Part shown: piece by piece, positions 1 through 12,760 of the stretch
Layout of the letters: the number at the start of each line of letters is the position of its first letter
How positions within the stretch are numbered: the stretch's first letter is position 1
Notes under the pieces: generated by a model
Seen by the model: the letters and a program-made list of their open reading frames with translations, nothing else
Told to the model about the DNA's origin: nothing
Databases searched by the model: none
Position numbers and translations under genes: made by a program
Origin: Utricularia gibba
Taxonomy: Eukaryota > Plantae > Magnoliophyta
Reading direction: 5' to 3'
Length of the DNA stretch: 64,000 bases
NCBI GenBank assembly: GCA_002189035.1
Contig: NEEC01000007.1
Location: 248,001-312,000, forward strand

Positions 1-142
1 TGAAAGATAATGAGATGCTTTACCCTATCTCCTAGTCATGACTGAGTTTTGAGGATATAACTTCACTCTACACCAGTGCATCTCATGTCTCAATCATCCA
101 GGCATTACACAACAAACCATGAAGGTTTTTTATTTTCTACAG

Positions 143-256
143 GAACTAACTTACGACTATTGCTACGAAATGGACAGTGTGCTTGGTCCGGGTGGGGAAA
201 TTATGCAGGTCCCTTGTTATTGTGGGGCTGATGAATGCCGGAAGCGCCTGTATTAG
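143..256 (+). CDS. SUVH4: Last exon of a SUVH4/KRYPTONITE-like H3K9 histone methyltransferase (gene begins upstream of the window)
   Basis: After acceptor ctacAG (141-142) the frame reads ELTYDYCYEMDSVLGPGGEIMQVPCYCGADECRKRLY*: the ELxYDY SET end plus the post-SET CxCGxxxCRKRLY typical of SUVH4. Confidence 0.85.
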   Translation, partial: ELTYDYCYEMDSVLGPGGEIMQVPCYCGADECRKRLY

Positions 257-1500
257 GTACATGCCCTTCACCTTTCCTACTCTTTCTCTTCATTTGAAGA
301 GTAGTCTTTCCAAAGAAATTTGTAAAATCTCCTGAATGGAATGTGGAAGATGATGGGGTACATCAGTTTAAGTTGGACATGGTGGTAATTTCTCATCCTT
401 GTGTCTGTATCCAGACCTACTAAATGTTTTGACAAGAATGTCATGAGAAGATGCATTAGCCTTTCAGGAGGCTGTGCTAGGCGCTGACAAATTTAGTGAT
501 GCAATAATAGGATGGATAGCAGCAGCTATGGAAGTCAACTACAAAAATGTGTGTAGCCCGCGGTAGAGTGACGGAGTCGGTAGATGGGCCCCCCATACAC
601 CAAATAAAATTAGGTTTAATCTTCTTTTTTGTTTTATTTAGATAATGAATCAATTTATTATAAAATTATGAAACCTAATTTAAAAAATTGTGGAATTTAA
701 ATTGAATTGAATGTAGTTGATTTTCCTTTATAACACTTAGTTGGAATTTTTAAATATTTGATTTTCGTGTGAGAATTCTTTTTGCATCGTCTTAGGTATG
801 TGACAGAAATGCCCCTGAAAGTAAAGGCGATTCTTTTTTAATTTGGGGATTAAAATATGAATATGTTTTTCCAAAAAGGCAGGTCCGGTCCAACTGGGGT
901 TCGGTTGGAAAGGACAGCGACAACAGAGAGGGTACGAGTGATGCCACGCGCGTGGCATAACCGTAATAAGTGCCCAATCTGGGGGCATATGTTCCCTTTG
1001 AACAAACACCCAACACTAATATTTTTCGCCCAACACGCTCTAGCTAGGAGCTGCGAGGCCAGGTCAGGGAGAACAAGTCCTATGCCAAATCGATTCAAGA
1101 TTCTACTGCTGCAAAACCCGCTCCAAGGAAATGGAGATCTGAATCTTGGTACCCTCCGCTCTGCTTCTTCTTCTTCGTTGCGGGTGCTTGTTGTTTATTG
1201 ATTTCAAACACCTTGCGTTCGACGCTAATTTCGGGTTAATTCCGTTATCTTGACTTGTCTTTTTGGTGCGTATTGATTAGTCGAGCATGGCGGAGGGCCT
1301 GAAGGCAAATGGGTTTTTGTCCGTATGAATTCTTGGCTGTAAAGTCGGGAGCTTTCTTGGGGTGGCTCCTGTTGCCTATTTTTTCTGGCGCTGTAATGTT
1401 GGTCACTCTGGAATTCACTTAAGAATTCGCGTCTCGGGGTTCTGGATTTTCGTGTAGAGGAACTGACTGACCGTAGTGTGTTGATATATAGAAAAATTTG

Positions 1501-3694
1501 ATGGAGGATATTTCCAAGTATGCACACAGTCCTGCCCATTTGGCAGTTTTGCACCGTGACTATGCTACCTTGAAGGGTATAGTCGCAGCTCTCCCTCGTC
1601 TAGCGAAGGCGGGGAAGTAACCACGGAGTCCGAGTCTATAGCTGCTGAGAAGGATGCAGATGCGGTGTCTGCGGTGATTGATAGGAGGGATGTACCTGGG
1701 AGAGAGACTCCTTTGCACCTTGCTGTGAAATTGCGTGATCCGGTTTCAGCTGAGATTCTAATGGCTGCTGGTGCTGACTGGAGCCTACAAAATGAGAATG
1801 GATGGAGTTCACTGCAGGAGGCAGTATGTACCAAGGAAGAGGGCATTGCGATGATCATTGCTCGGCATTATCAACCTCTTGCTTGGGCAAAGTGGTGCCG
1901 CAGGCTTCCCAGGATAGTGGCATCGGCGGCTCGAATTCGGGATTTCTACATGGAGATTAGTTTCCATTTTGAGAGCTCTGTAATACCATTCATTGGAAGA
2001 ATTGCTCCTTCAGATACATACCGGATATGGAAACGTGGGTCTAATCTTCGTGCAGATATGACCCTTGCAGGTTTTGATGGGTTCCGCATACAACGCTCTG
2101 ATCAAACATTTCTTTTTCTAGGGGAGGGGTATTCTTCATGTGACGGGAAAGTGTCTTTACCGTCAGGTTCCTTGATAGTACTCTCTCACAAGGATAAGGA
2201 AATCTCAAATGCTTTAGAAGGAGCCGGTGTTCAACCATCTGAAGCTGAGGTTGCTCATGAAGTGGCCTTGATGTCGCAAACTAACATGTATAGGCCAGGA
2301 ATTGATGTCACACAAGCTGAGCTGGTTCCCCATACGAATTGGAGGAGGCAACAGAGGACAGAGATGGTTGGTGCATGGAAGGCCAAGATTTATGATATGC
2401 TTCATGTGCAGGTAAGTGTTAAGTCTAGGAGAGTTCCAGGTGCTATGAGTGATGAGGAGCTTTTTGCAATTAATGATGATGATAGACTCACTAATGGAGC
2501 TGAAAACGATGAGTTAGATGATATCTTGACTGCCGAAGAAAGGAAACAATTAGATTCTGCACTTCGATCAGGAGATGCATTAGGTGAGGATGATGAGAGC
2601 GAGGTCCAGGATTGCTGTGACAATGTCGACTCGGGTTCATTCGAAAGCTGTGAATCAAATGGTACCTCCAAAGAGCAAAAAAGTTGGTTTGGATGGGGTA
2701 AAAAGAGTTCCAAGAATTTGGGAGAGGATTCTGAGGATGCCAAAAATCTGAAAAAGATCACAAAATCAACGCCTGATGATACGATGCAGAAGTCTCATGA
2801 CAGTCATAGGTCCTCCTTTGAGTTTTCTAAGGAAGATATGGACAGTAAAAAGTTGAAAGATCGAAATATTAAGAAGAAAAAGAAGAAAGTGGTCACTTCT
2901 GAGTCGAAGACTGAGAGTGAGTACAAGAAAGGTCTGAGGCCTGTTCTATGGTTGACCCCTGATTTTCCTTTGAAAACTGAAGAACTCTTGCCGTTGCTTG
3001 ATATACTCGCTAATAAAGTTAAGGCAATCCGAAGACTACGGGAGCTTCTCACAACTAAACTTCCTCAAGGCACATTTCCTGTCAAGGTATGTATCAACAC
3101 ATGTATCTCATACCGCTTTCTTCACAAGTTTGTGTTCGATGTCAAAAGCTCCCAAGACTGATATCATGAGTACTCCCCATCCTTCTTGCCTAATGAGTTT
3201 TATAGAATCTGTTCCTATGCTTTAGTTTGATGCATGTTTATTGCAGTATCTGATGGAATTCTTCTCAGAAGTGAAAATTGTAAGTCGAGTTTGCTTTAAC
3301 TCTGGTATGCTAACTGGAAATTAACATGCAGATTGCTATCCCAATTGTCCCCACTATACGTGTAATAGTAACATTTACAAAGTTCGAGGAGCTCCAGCCT
3401 TCTGAAGAATTCTCAACTCCACCATCAAGTCCTGTGTATTTTGAAGATTCCAAACCGAAGGAAACAGAAGGTTCTTCATCATGGGTTTCCTGGATACGAG
3501 GTGGACGTGGGGCTCAGTCAAATGACACTGGAAATCAAAGCTTCCAAGATGAAGTTGACCCCTTCAACATACCACCTGATTATGCATGGGTTGATGCTAA
3601 TGAGAAAAAGCGTCGCATGAAGGCCAAGAAAGCCAAGACAAAGAAACACAAGAAGCAGGGGAGCAGTAAAAATATTGATGTTGCCAGTCAGTGA
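1501..3694 (+). CDS. Ankyrin-repeat / GPCR-chaperone (ANKRD13-like) protein, 2 coding exons (1501-3086, 3332-3694), with one apparent single-base frameshift at 1611-1614
   Basis: ATG 1501 gives MEDISKYAHSPAHLAV...LPRLAKAG, then TAA at 1618. The -1 frame continues GEVTTESESIAAEKDADAVSAVIDRRDVPGRETPLHLAV (ankyrin) into the 1665-3161 ORF. Donor AAG|gtatgt at 3086; acceptor cag|ATT at 3332 gives IAIPIVPT and a C-terminal Lys-rich tail. Confidence 0.88.
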
Positions 3695-4362
3695 AGCTCC
3701 TAAATGCACCCAAGTTCAATTGAAGATGTGTGTGTAGTAGTGGCAGAGGAGATCCGTAGGAACACCAAAAAGAAGCTGCGACTTAGAACATACCATCTTC
3801 GAGGTAACCATGTATTTATTTGTTTGACTAGATGCATTGAGGGATATCCGTTTGGGTAGCCTGCTTCGATTGCTACTCAGGGAAGATTCTTATCTTCTCG
3901 TGTTGTTTGTAATGTTATCTTCAACTGGGAAATGGGAATGCAGTTGGCATTGTTGCCTGAAACTGCTGCAGGGTTCCTAGTTTCTTCAGTTTTGGCTTCC
4001 TTTTCGGTTGTGCACATTCTATCACATTTTGGTTTGCAAAGTTGGCTGAACCGAGCCTGACACACTGGAGGATAAGCATCGGAAAATACATATTCAACAC
4101 AGCCATGGAAGAAGTTTCACAGGTACACTTGGAGCAAGTATAATAGCAAGAAATCAAGAACACTTGCCTAGATGAACAAAACCACCTTTCCGTAAACTGA
4201 AGTGCCAGCTACTTTACAACGTAAGGGACAGTTTAGATAATAACGTGGGGGATGCCATTCTTCATCAACAAATAGAAACTCCAGCACTTGTAAATGAAAG
4301 CAAGTTTCCACCACCGAGATGGGGTGGAACATGGTGATGCTGCCGGGAGTGCGTTCTCATGA

Positions 4363-7300
4363 TCACAGTGACTGATGAAGCTGCTGCATTTCCCTTCTAA
4401 GTGACTGAAGCTCTTTCATAATCTCAGCTTGATTTTCCAAAATCATTTCCATGGCACTAGACATCTCCGCCTGTGCAAATGTTGGTGGTTGAGCACTAGT
4501 TTCCAACATGTGAGAGCGAGAAATGTGCATGATTATCAATTATCATTAGTTTCATACCTCTTGCATATGAAACTGCCTCAAGGTATCCACATGGAGATTG
4601 CGCATGTCTTCATGAATAGATTTCTGAAATGAGGCCAGGGATTCTTCGAGAGAACGCTGGAAAAGTTGTAGAGTAAAAGAACTTGTGTGTGTATCTGATT
4701 GCAAGGAACCCCTTTGGAAATCTGCTCCTCCATCCTGCCAGACAATATACATAACAAAAGTTATGTGGCGTGATTTTATAAACGGACAGGACTAGCATTC
4801 TTGGGACATACATTATCACAAGATGGAAATCCAGCAGTTCCGATTGCCATGTCGGATCTGCATAAAAGGCCACTGAGAATCTCTCCTCTTGCCTCTGCTC
4901 CATTTTTCTTTGATTTCGGTGATGCCGTTCCAAAAGATGGTGCATCACTGATCGATGCTCCTATTCGTTGAGCATAACTGGAGAATCTTCTGGGAAGAGA
5001 GACATCAGGGCCAAGATTTCCAACGTTAGTGTGTGATGCAATGCTTTTTGTACCAAATGTCAATGAGACAGATTCCGAAGGTCCCATTGAAACTCCAATA
5101 CTTGGAATTTCTTGATTATGGAAACGAGGCAGGCTCAATACTGAATTGGTTGTACTCTGATCAGTTGGCAGACTACCTTGTTTTCCAGACGACAATGCTC
5201 CCAGGGACGTAATATTAGCTGTCAATGCAGCAAAACGAGAGGACTTGCTGGTGGTTGGTCGGTAATGAATCTCTTTTTCGGAAAGCCTATCACACCCCAG
5301 GCTTCAGGAGGGGTTATTGACGATGAATCACTCCCTGTTGCAGACGGTGGTGCATTTGACGAATGGGAGAATGCAGGACTATCACCCTGCAGGAGCATTA
5401 AAATGAAAGTCACAAGGGGCAGATACTCAACAATGAAGGCAAGTCACCAACATGATATATCGGTATCATGTACCTGCTTATTCCAGTCCATGATCGAGTG
5501 ATTATTATTAGTTCCATCCTCGGGTTGTCCAGACCTCCAAGAAGACAATGAAAATGAAGGCTTTTTGCTGTCATCCTTCTTTGGAGCATCAGCGTCCAAC
5601 ATGTTATATAGACTAGGTGTAATTGGCTGAACTTCCGCAAGGGGGGAGAACACCTTCATGTCATCTTTTAAGTTGTAGCTTTGGCGTGGATGCAGTCTCT
5701 TCAGTGTTACATCATTCAACAAGCTCGTTTTCTGGGGTGTTTCCTCTGAAGCAGGTAAGCTGAGTACTCCAGCGTTGACAAAAGCAGGAAAATGAACCAA
5801 GTAAAAAGGTACCTGGGAAAAGGGCTGGCGCCTTCGATGGAAGTGGATCTGGCATAAGAATAGAGTCCCCTGTGTCTCCAGCCAAAAGAACATTATCGTC
5901 CGTACAGTTGCTCTCAGTTACATTGAGTGATCTCGATCTTTGCCAACATAGGTTCACGACTGCCTAAAAATATCAAAATTTTACTGCATAATCCATAAGC
6001 AAACTCGATCATGGAAACTAGTGAAATATACGTCTCCCGAGTAAATAGGAGAAATACAGCAGCAGGATGGAGGACCGGAGAGTAACCTCAGTGTTCCCAT
6101 ATGCATGAAGAACCGTAATGGGTTGTGGTTTCCCACGAATATCATAAAATACAACATGACCAGTACTTGTGCCAGCAGCCAAGGTCAATCCATCATCAGC
6201 TACTACCAGTGATGAAAAAGGGGCCTCATATGAAATCCAAGACGTCGGCTTTCTGGATCCAGATTCAAAAGTGTATAACTTCATATCCAGACCAACACTA
6301 GCAATGAACTGTCAAAGAAAACAGAAAATAAAACCCTGATGGGGGTCTATGGTGAAGCCAGAATATGCTAGGGGAATGACTGATGAGACCTTATCATTGG
6401 ATGGTGAAAAACTGACACCAGATATTGGAGCAGTGTGCTGCTTCAGCCAAGACACCTGTGCGACGAACAAAACCTTCATTTATCATCTAAAACCAACCAT
6501 TTCAAGTACAAAGTTTGAGAAGTCGGATAGCATAACACTCAACCAGAAAATAAGACCATTTAGGGATGCAAAAAGAATAAAATATGGAGCCAACGCAATA
6601 ATGCAAACCTTCGGGCTTCGAGCTGTTGCATCCCACAGGTGGATGGATCCGTCATCACCAGCTGTGACCAAAAGATGCCGGCTCGTTCTTGAGTAATCAA
6701 CGGCACTCAATACCTACCAACACCATAGTTAGTAAACAAATGCAAATTCAAAATCCGCAACGGGTACAATAACAAACATTTCATGTGAAACCTGCCCATT
6801 GGGGTCTCTATGTTCAGCATCCCTTGTACCAGTAGCGAGATTGTGAATTATAAGATCCCCTTTACGGCTCACAGAAGCTACATGTTCGTCTTTGCAGTTG
6901 CACACTACACCGGTTATAGTATCAGTGTGGCCCTTTAACCATTTGATACAGCGCTTATTTTGTAAATCCCATATCCGTACGACTTGACCACTTCCACCAG
7001 AGCAAAGATATCGGGACCCTTTATTGGTGAAGTTGATAGCTGATATGGACTCTGAAGGCTTGCGTATATAAGAATTGCTATGAGAGGAAAAAACATGAAG
7101 TGCATATATATGATATTCCATATCCTACCTAAACAATCAGCATATCTAAAAGAAAACTCCAGGGAACAAGAATTAACCCACGATAACATTTTTCATCCTT
7201 AATTAAAAAAGTGAAGGTAATAGGATGCTGTCATCAATGAGAAAATGCCTACCCTGCCCCAGACCAGATTCAATGCACCATGAAATATGAGCACTTTTCA

Positions 7301-7794
7301 CCTACTTTACCAGAAAGCTAATATGAAAAACCAAGTGCCGAACATCAGGAGGTACCAAAACACTAAAAAAAAAAACAAGCAAACAAACTTCATTCGAAAA
7401 TATACCTCCACCATTTCGCCCCTGGAAGTTTTGGTGGGCAGCGTCCACAAGCTCTGGCCATTTTTCTTCCACAATGATATTTTATCATCCTCACCAGCAC
7501 TTGCCAAAACTAAATCTGACCAATAGGAACATCAGAGATAAAACAACCACACAAATTATCGTAAATTAAAAGAAAAAAAAACGAAAACTCCAAATTCCCA
7601 TTGGAAAGGAGAGAAATCCACAGAAGTGAACACTAACTGTTGTGGTTCCATTTGACAGTATTCACCCGTAAGCCCGGTGAGGGAGTGTATTTTAGCAGGC
7701 AAGGGTTGCTCGGCTCCAAGGAAAGGTCGAACAACTTCACGGAGTCTCCACCGCTTGCTGCCAGCAGCAACTTCATCGATTCAGCTGAATTCAT
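4363..7794 (-). CDS. NEDD1: NEDD1/GCP-WD, WD40 targeting factor of the gamma-tubulin ring complex; multi-exon, with a frameshift at about 5241
   Basis: N-terminus [23 protein letters not shown]; WD exons [43 protein letters not shown] and YEAPFSSL...[12 protein letters not shown]; C-terminal [29 protein letters not shown]; last exon 4470-4363 reads [35 protein letters not shown]. Confidence 0.92.
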
Positions 7795-7871
7795 CCTGAA
7801 GACAGAAATCGCTTGAAGCACTGACTTGAGGAATAGGGAAAAGATTTTCAAAAGATGAAGAAGCGGTTCGA

Positions 7872-8057
7872 TTGGCCCGTTAAGACCTCATTCGACTAAC
7901 GGATACTTCTCCAGATTGCTCAAAGGCCCAATACACTATCTATGCATGAAGGCCCACCATTGGCCCAATAGACTATCTATTTATACTGGGAGTTCCGTCC
8001 ATGCAGCACGTGCACCATCGTCAATAAATTAAGCAATAAAAAAATGCACCACGTGCG
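7872..8057. promoter_or_regulatory. Shared (bidirectional) promoter region of NEDD1 and the UGT, with site II elements and two G-boxes
   Basis: The divergent ATGs are about 390 bp apart. GGCCCA/GGCCCG motifs occur at about 7874, 7925, 7951 and 7962; CACGTG at 8007-8012 and 8050-8055. Confidence 0.55.
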
Positions 8058-8183
8058 CCACAAAGATAGGCCATGTGCAACTCGCTCACCCAATCATTTC
8101 CAGACATCTGTCTTCTGCTCCCCCATTCATAGTTATCGCGCCGTGACCGAATTCCACGGCCGTTTCTCGTGAGTCACCGGGAG

Positions 8184-9744
8184 ATGGGCCAGCCGGAAAA
8201 TGCCGCCGATCTTCCACCTCACGTTCTCATCTTCCCTCTGCCGATGCAGGGGCACGTGAATTCGATGCTCAAACTGGTGGAACTCCTCTGTCTCGATGGA
8301 ATCCACGTCACCATGCTCCTTTCCGACTACACCCACGGCCGTCTCCGCCGCCACGCCAACATCGAATCTCTATTCACGAGAAATCCCGGCTTCCGCGTCG
8401 CTACGATGACCGATGGCCTTCCCGATGATCACCCACGCGTCGGAGAGCGGGCAATGGAGATCGTTATAAGTCTTTTGAAGATTGGGGAGGGGAATTTCGG
8501 AAGCTTATCGAAACCACTGATTGCCTTAGCGAAGGTGGCTCGCGACGGCGAGTTTCATGCTTAATTATGGACGGCACTCTCAGCTTCGCTGTTCCGGTGG
8601 CGGACGAAAAGGGGATTCCGGTTATCTACTTCAGAACTGTCGGCGCCTGTTCCTTTTGGGCCAATTTCTGCTTCAAAGAAGTGATTGAAGCCGGAGAAAT
8701 TCCTCTCAGAGGTAAATTCGTTGCCTAATTCCACCCTAATTTTCATCTTCTGTGTCTAATTCAAGATTCTTGAATGATTGTGAAGGTGAGAACGAGGATA
8801 AGTACGATTATTGGAAAAGAGAAGAAATGGATTTTGCAGTGACGAGTATTCCCGGAATGGAGGGCTCCCTACGGCGGCGTGATCTGCCGGCGTTTAGCAG
8901 GGTAACCGACGTGAACAACGTTGGGCTGCAAACAATTTTAAGGGAAACCAGAAAAACCGCGCTTTCCAGAGGACTAATCCTGAATTCATTCGAAGATCTT
9001 GAAGGCTCCATTATGGATCAAATCCGCACTAAAATCCCTAATGTGTATTCAATCGGGCCATTGCACACTCATCTGAAAGCTCGATTGGAGGCAAAAACAA
9101 ACAAATCTTCCCTTCCATCGAGCAGTTTCTATGAGGAAGATCGAAGTTCAATTGCTTGGTTAGACTCACAGCCTGCTAAGTCTGTGATCTACGTAAGCTT
9201 CGGGAGCGTCACTCTGCTGACAAGGAATGAGCTGCTTGAGTTCTGGTATGGATTGGTGAATAGTGGACACAAGTTTCTCTGGGTAATGAGGCCGGATTCG
9301 ATCACCGGAGCCGACAAGGATAATCCGATTCCGGAGGAGCTTGAGGAAGGAACAAGGGAAAGAGGGTACTTGGTGGGATGGGTGCCTCAGAATGAGGTAC
9401 TGGTTCATCCCGCTGTTGCTGCATTTCTCACCCACAGTGGATGGAATTCAACTCTAGAAAGCATCGCAGTAGGGATGCCGATGCTCTGTTGGCCGTATTT
9501 CGCTGATCAGCCGATCAACAGCCGGTTCGTAAGCCATGTTTGGAAGGTTGGCTTGGACATGAAAGACAGCTGTGACAGAACGTTGGTTGAGAAGATGGTT
9601 AGGGAGATCATGGAGGAAAGAAGGGAGGAGCTCCAGGAGAGGGCCGCCCATTTGGCCAAACTGGCCAAGAAAGCAATCAGCGAAGGAGGAACTTCAAGTG
9701 CAAACTTGGTTAAGTTGATTGAGTTCATCAGATCAGCAGTTTGA
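8184..9744 (+). CDS. UDP-glycosyltransferase of the UGT709C / 7-deoxyloganetic acid glucosyltransferase (7-DLGT)-like type; 2 exons, frameshift at 8489-8492
   Basis: MGQPENAADLPPHVLIFPLPMQGHVNSMLKL (catalytic His), DGLPDDHPRVGER, and after the shift EKGIPVIYFRTVGACSFW. Full PSPG box WVPQNEVLVHPAVAAFLTHSGWNSTLESIAVGMPMLCWPYFADQ. These segments are collinear with Catharanthus 7-DLGT as recalled. Donor at 8712; probable acceptor at 8785. Confidence 0.85.
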
Positions 9745-10463
9745 TTCTAACCACCCCTTGATTCTTTTGCCCGATTCACATTTGTGACGGCAGAAATGTA
9801 TGCATCTAGAAGCCTCGTGTATTGCTCATGATTCCCAAGCTTAAATAAACCATGTATTTTCTTGTAACGATGTTCTCAGCGCTGATGCGTCTTCTTGTCT
9901 GAGCAACCTGAAGCCTTGTGGTCCGTTAAATCACAAACGTATTTGGATCACTAAATCACGGTCAATGAAGCCAAATCTTCTTTATTCGACTAGAGGACGC
10001 AAACAAATTGCTTCTGTGGGGAGCGCAACAAGACCACAAGCGTGTTGGGTTCGGATTGCCTGAATTAGAGCCAACGATCATTGTCTGTTGCGGTGCGTAA
10101 TTATTGATGACGAAGGTATTCTTTATTGTTAAATATGTTGCTGATGTTGGAGGGAGGGTGGAGTGTCAGAGAAAGGTGTCGTCTTTATCGGAGATGACCG
10201 TTGCGTTTTTACCGTTAGTTGCTCGGATTTCGCGAAATCGCCCAATCACTACGTAACACCCAGTAAGCTTATCATCATGGATTGCGGAAAGATAGCAGCG
10301 GACAGTGGTAACGGCTTCACCATCGTGCACCATGGGTACCTCCCCCCATAAAACTTTTCAACCCTGAAATTCCTTGTTGAACGCAGGAAAACCTGAGGAC
10401 CCGCTATTAGAAGACGGTGACAAGACGCGGCTTTTGACACGGGAGGCGGAGGACTCGACGGAA

Positions 10464-12760
10464 ATGGGAGGAATAGACGGGGACGATGCTGTTTTGAACT
10501 CTGGAAAAAGGGGTGCCTTTGGTGATGGTGATCATTTGGACATTGAAATCCCGGAAACTTCCCACATAATCAGCCAAGGTCTGAAAGTTCATTTTGTGAC
10601 TTCGCTTTTTGGCTTTTGTTTGTTGGGTTCGGAGATTTTGGTTCTCTGCGCATGTTGTGTTGTTAAATGATGCTGCTCTTTGTGCCTCTGTTTGATCTCT
10701 AATTTTTTCGTCATGGGACTGGATGTCTCTTCTTGTTTTCTGTAAAGAAAAGGCGATTTTTTTCAAGGGTTAATGCTGTTGATTCCAATGTTTAACTGTT
10801 TTCTTCTTCTTCACTGGAAATCTTTGCTGAAAGTGTGTGTTTTGCTATAATTTCTAGTAAATTTTACGACTTCCATTGTTAGTTTCTGAACTCTTTTCTT
10901 ATATGAAAATTAGACTCGTGGTTTCAAGTGGGGTTTGTTCTCACAACGGGCATCAATAGTGCCTATGTGCTGGGATATTCCGGAACTATCATGGTTCCGC
11001 TGGGCTGGTTCGGTGGAGTGATCGGATTGATCCTTGCAACTGCTATTTCTTTGTATGCGAACTCCTTAGTTGCAAGGCTTCATGAATATGGAGGGAGGAG
11101 ACATATCAGATATAGAGATCTTGCAGGATTTATATATGGTGGGAGTCGACTTAACTTTGTTTATCTAATTCACTTTTGTGATTTGCTGCTTCACGCTTTC
11201 TTACAGGATCATGTTTACTGTGTTCTTTGTTTGACCAGGGAAAAAAGCTTATTCCCTTACCTGGGCATTGCAGTATGTGAATCTTTTTATGATCAATGTT
11301 GGCTATGTCATTCTAGCTGGGAGTTCCCTTAAGGTATCCAATTCTTGTTGCCATCAGACCTACTAATGTTCCTTGCGAGATGCATAAAATTATCGTTTAT
11401 TACTTCAATCTTTTGCTTCTGTAAAGATTCATTCTTGATGGGAATGGATTTTTTTATGATACATTTCGCAGTGTTCTTCAAGTAAAACATTCATATTTCA
11501 TTCAACTTGCGATGATTAACGCCGTTGTGAATGGTGTAGATGATTCTCTTGGGTTCCCTTGTAGGCTTTCTACCATCTTTTCCGAGACGATGATGAGATG
11601 AAGCTACCATACTTCATTGCCATTGCTGGACTTGCATGCATTCTCTTTGCAGTTTCAGTACCCCATTTGTCAGCTCTTGGCGTCTGGCTTGGGTTTTCAA
11701 CAGTGTTTACTCTACTCTACATTGTTATCGCAGTGGTTCTTTCTCTCAAAGATGGTACGCCCTTTGTTGCCATAGACTGCTGAAATCGTTTTCTGAAGTT
11801 CCAAGTGATGGCTTCAACTGAGCCATCTTTTATTCACAATACTTTTCTCTATGTTTGTTGAATGCCTTCACAGGCCTTGAGTCTCCTCCAAGGGACTACA
11901 GCATAAATACAAAGTCATCCAGCGGGATTTTTGAAATCATCGGTGCATCTGCAAATCTTGTCTTTGCTTTCAACACCGGAATGCTTCCAGAGATTCAGGT
12001 ACTACACAAATTTGAGGACATATTAAGAGGCATGGTGTTCTTGCACTTTTCCTCGATTATGGCTATTCACTGATCTTCTTGACAGGCAACAGTGAGAGCA
12101 CCAGTTGTTAAGAACATGATGAAGGCTCTGTATTTCCAGTTCATAATTGGAGTTGTGCCAATGTATGCTGTTACCTTCACTGGGTACTGGGCATACGGAT
12201 CAACAGTATCATCCTACTTGCTGAGCAATGTACACGGGCCTCTTTGGTTGAAAGCCATAGCCAACATTGCAGCTTTCTTGCAGAGTATCATTGCTTTGCA
12301 CGTAATAGCAGCACAACATTCTACTCCACGTACTTGGTTTTCTCCATTCGCTCCATCTAACTCACAGCTGCTGTTTTTCCAGATCTTTGCAAGCCCAACA
12401 TACGAATATTTGGACACGAAATATGGAATCAAGGGAAGCGCTCTCGCCATGCGAAACTTGAGTTTCAGAGTGCTTGTGAGGGGTAGTTATTTAGCTATAA
12501 CCACCTTCATCTCAGCTCTTTTGCCGTTTCTGGGAGACTTCATGAGCCTTACTGGAGCGATCAGTACATTCCCTCTTACATTCATTCTCGCCAACCACAT
12601 GTATCTTGTGGCCAAAGGGCATAAGCTCAGCTCCTGGCAAAAGAACTGGCACTGGTTCAATGTTTGCTTCTTTGTCCTGGTGGCTCTGGCTGCTGCTGTT
12701 GCTGCCTTGAGACTAATCTCAGTGGATTCCACCACATATCATGTGTTTGCAGACTTGTAA
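10464..12760 (+). CDS. ProT: Proline/compatible-solute transporter (ProT, AAAP family), 7 coding exons
   Basis: [14 protein letters not shown]|[70 protein letters not shown] and C-terminal YHVFADL*. All junctions checked are GT-AG and in phase. Confidence 0.93.

Noticed and set aside
737-1554. Cluster of 74-114 aa ORFs on both strands
   Set aside because: They have no homology cues and lie in the promoter and 5' UTR region of the ANKRD13-like gene.
1600-1625. Programmed -1 ribosomal frameshifting or G-insertion RNA editing as the cause of the shifts
   Set aside because: G_GGG_AAG is not an X_XXY_YYZ slippery site. The same lesion occurs in genes on both strands (needing G in some mRNAs and C in others) and is confined to one region, so a consensus error is far more parsimonious.
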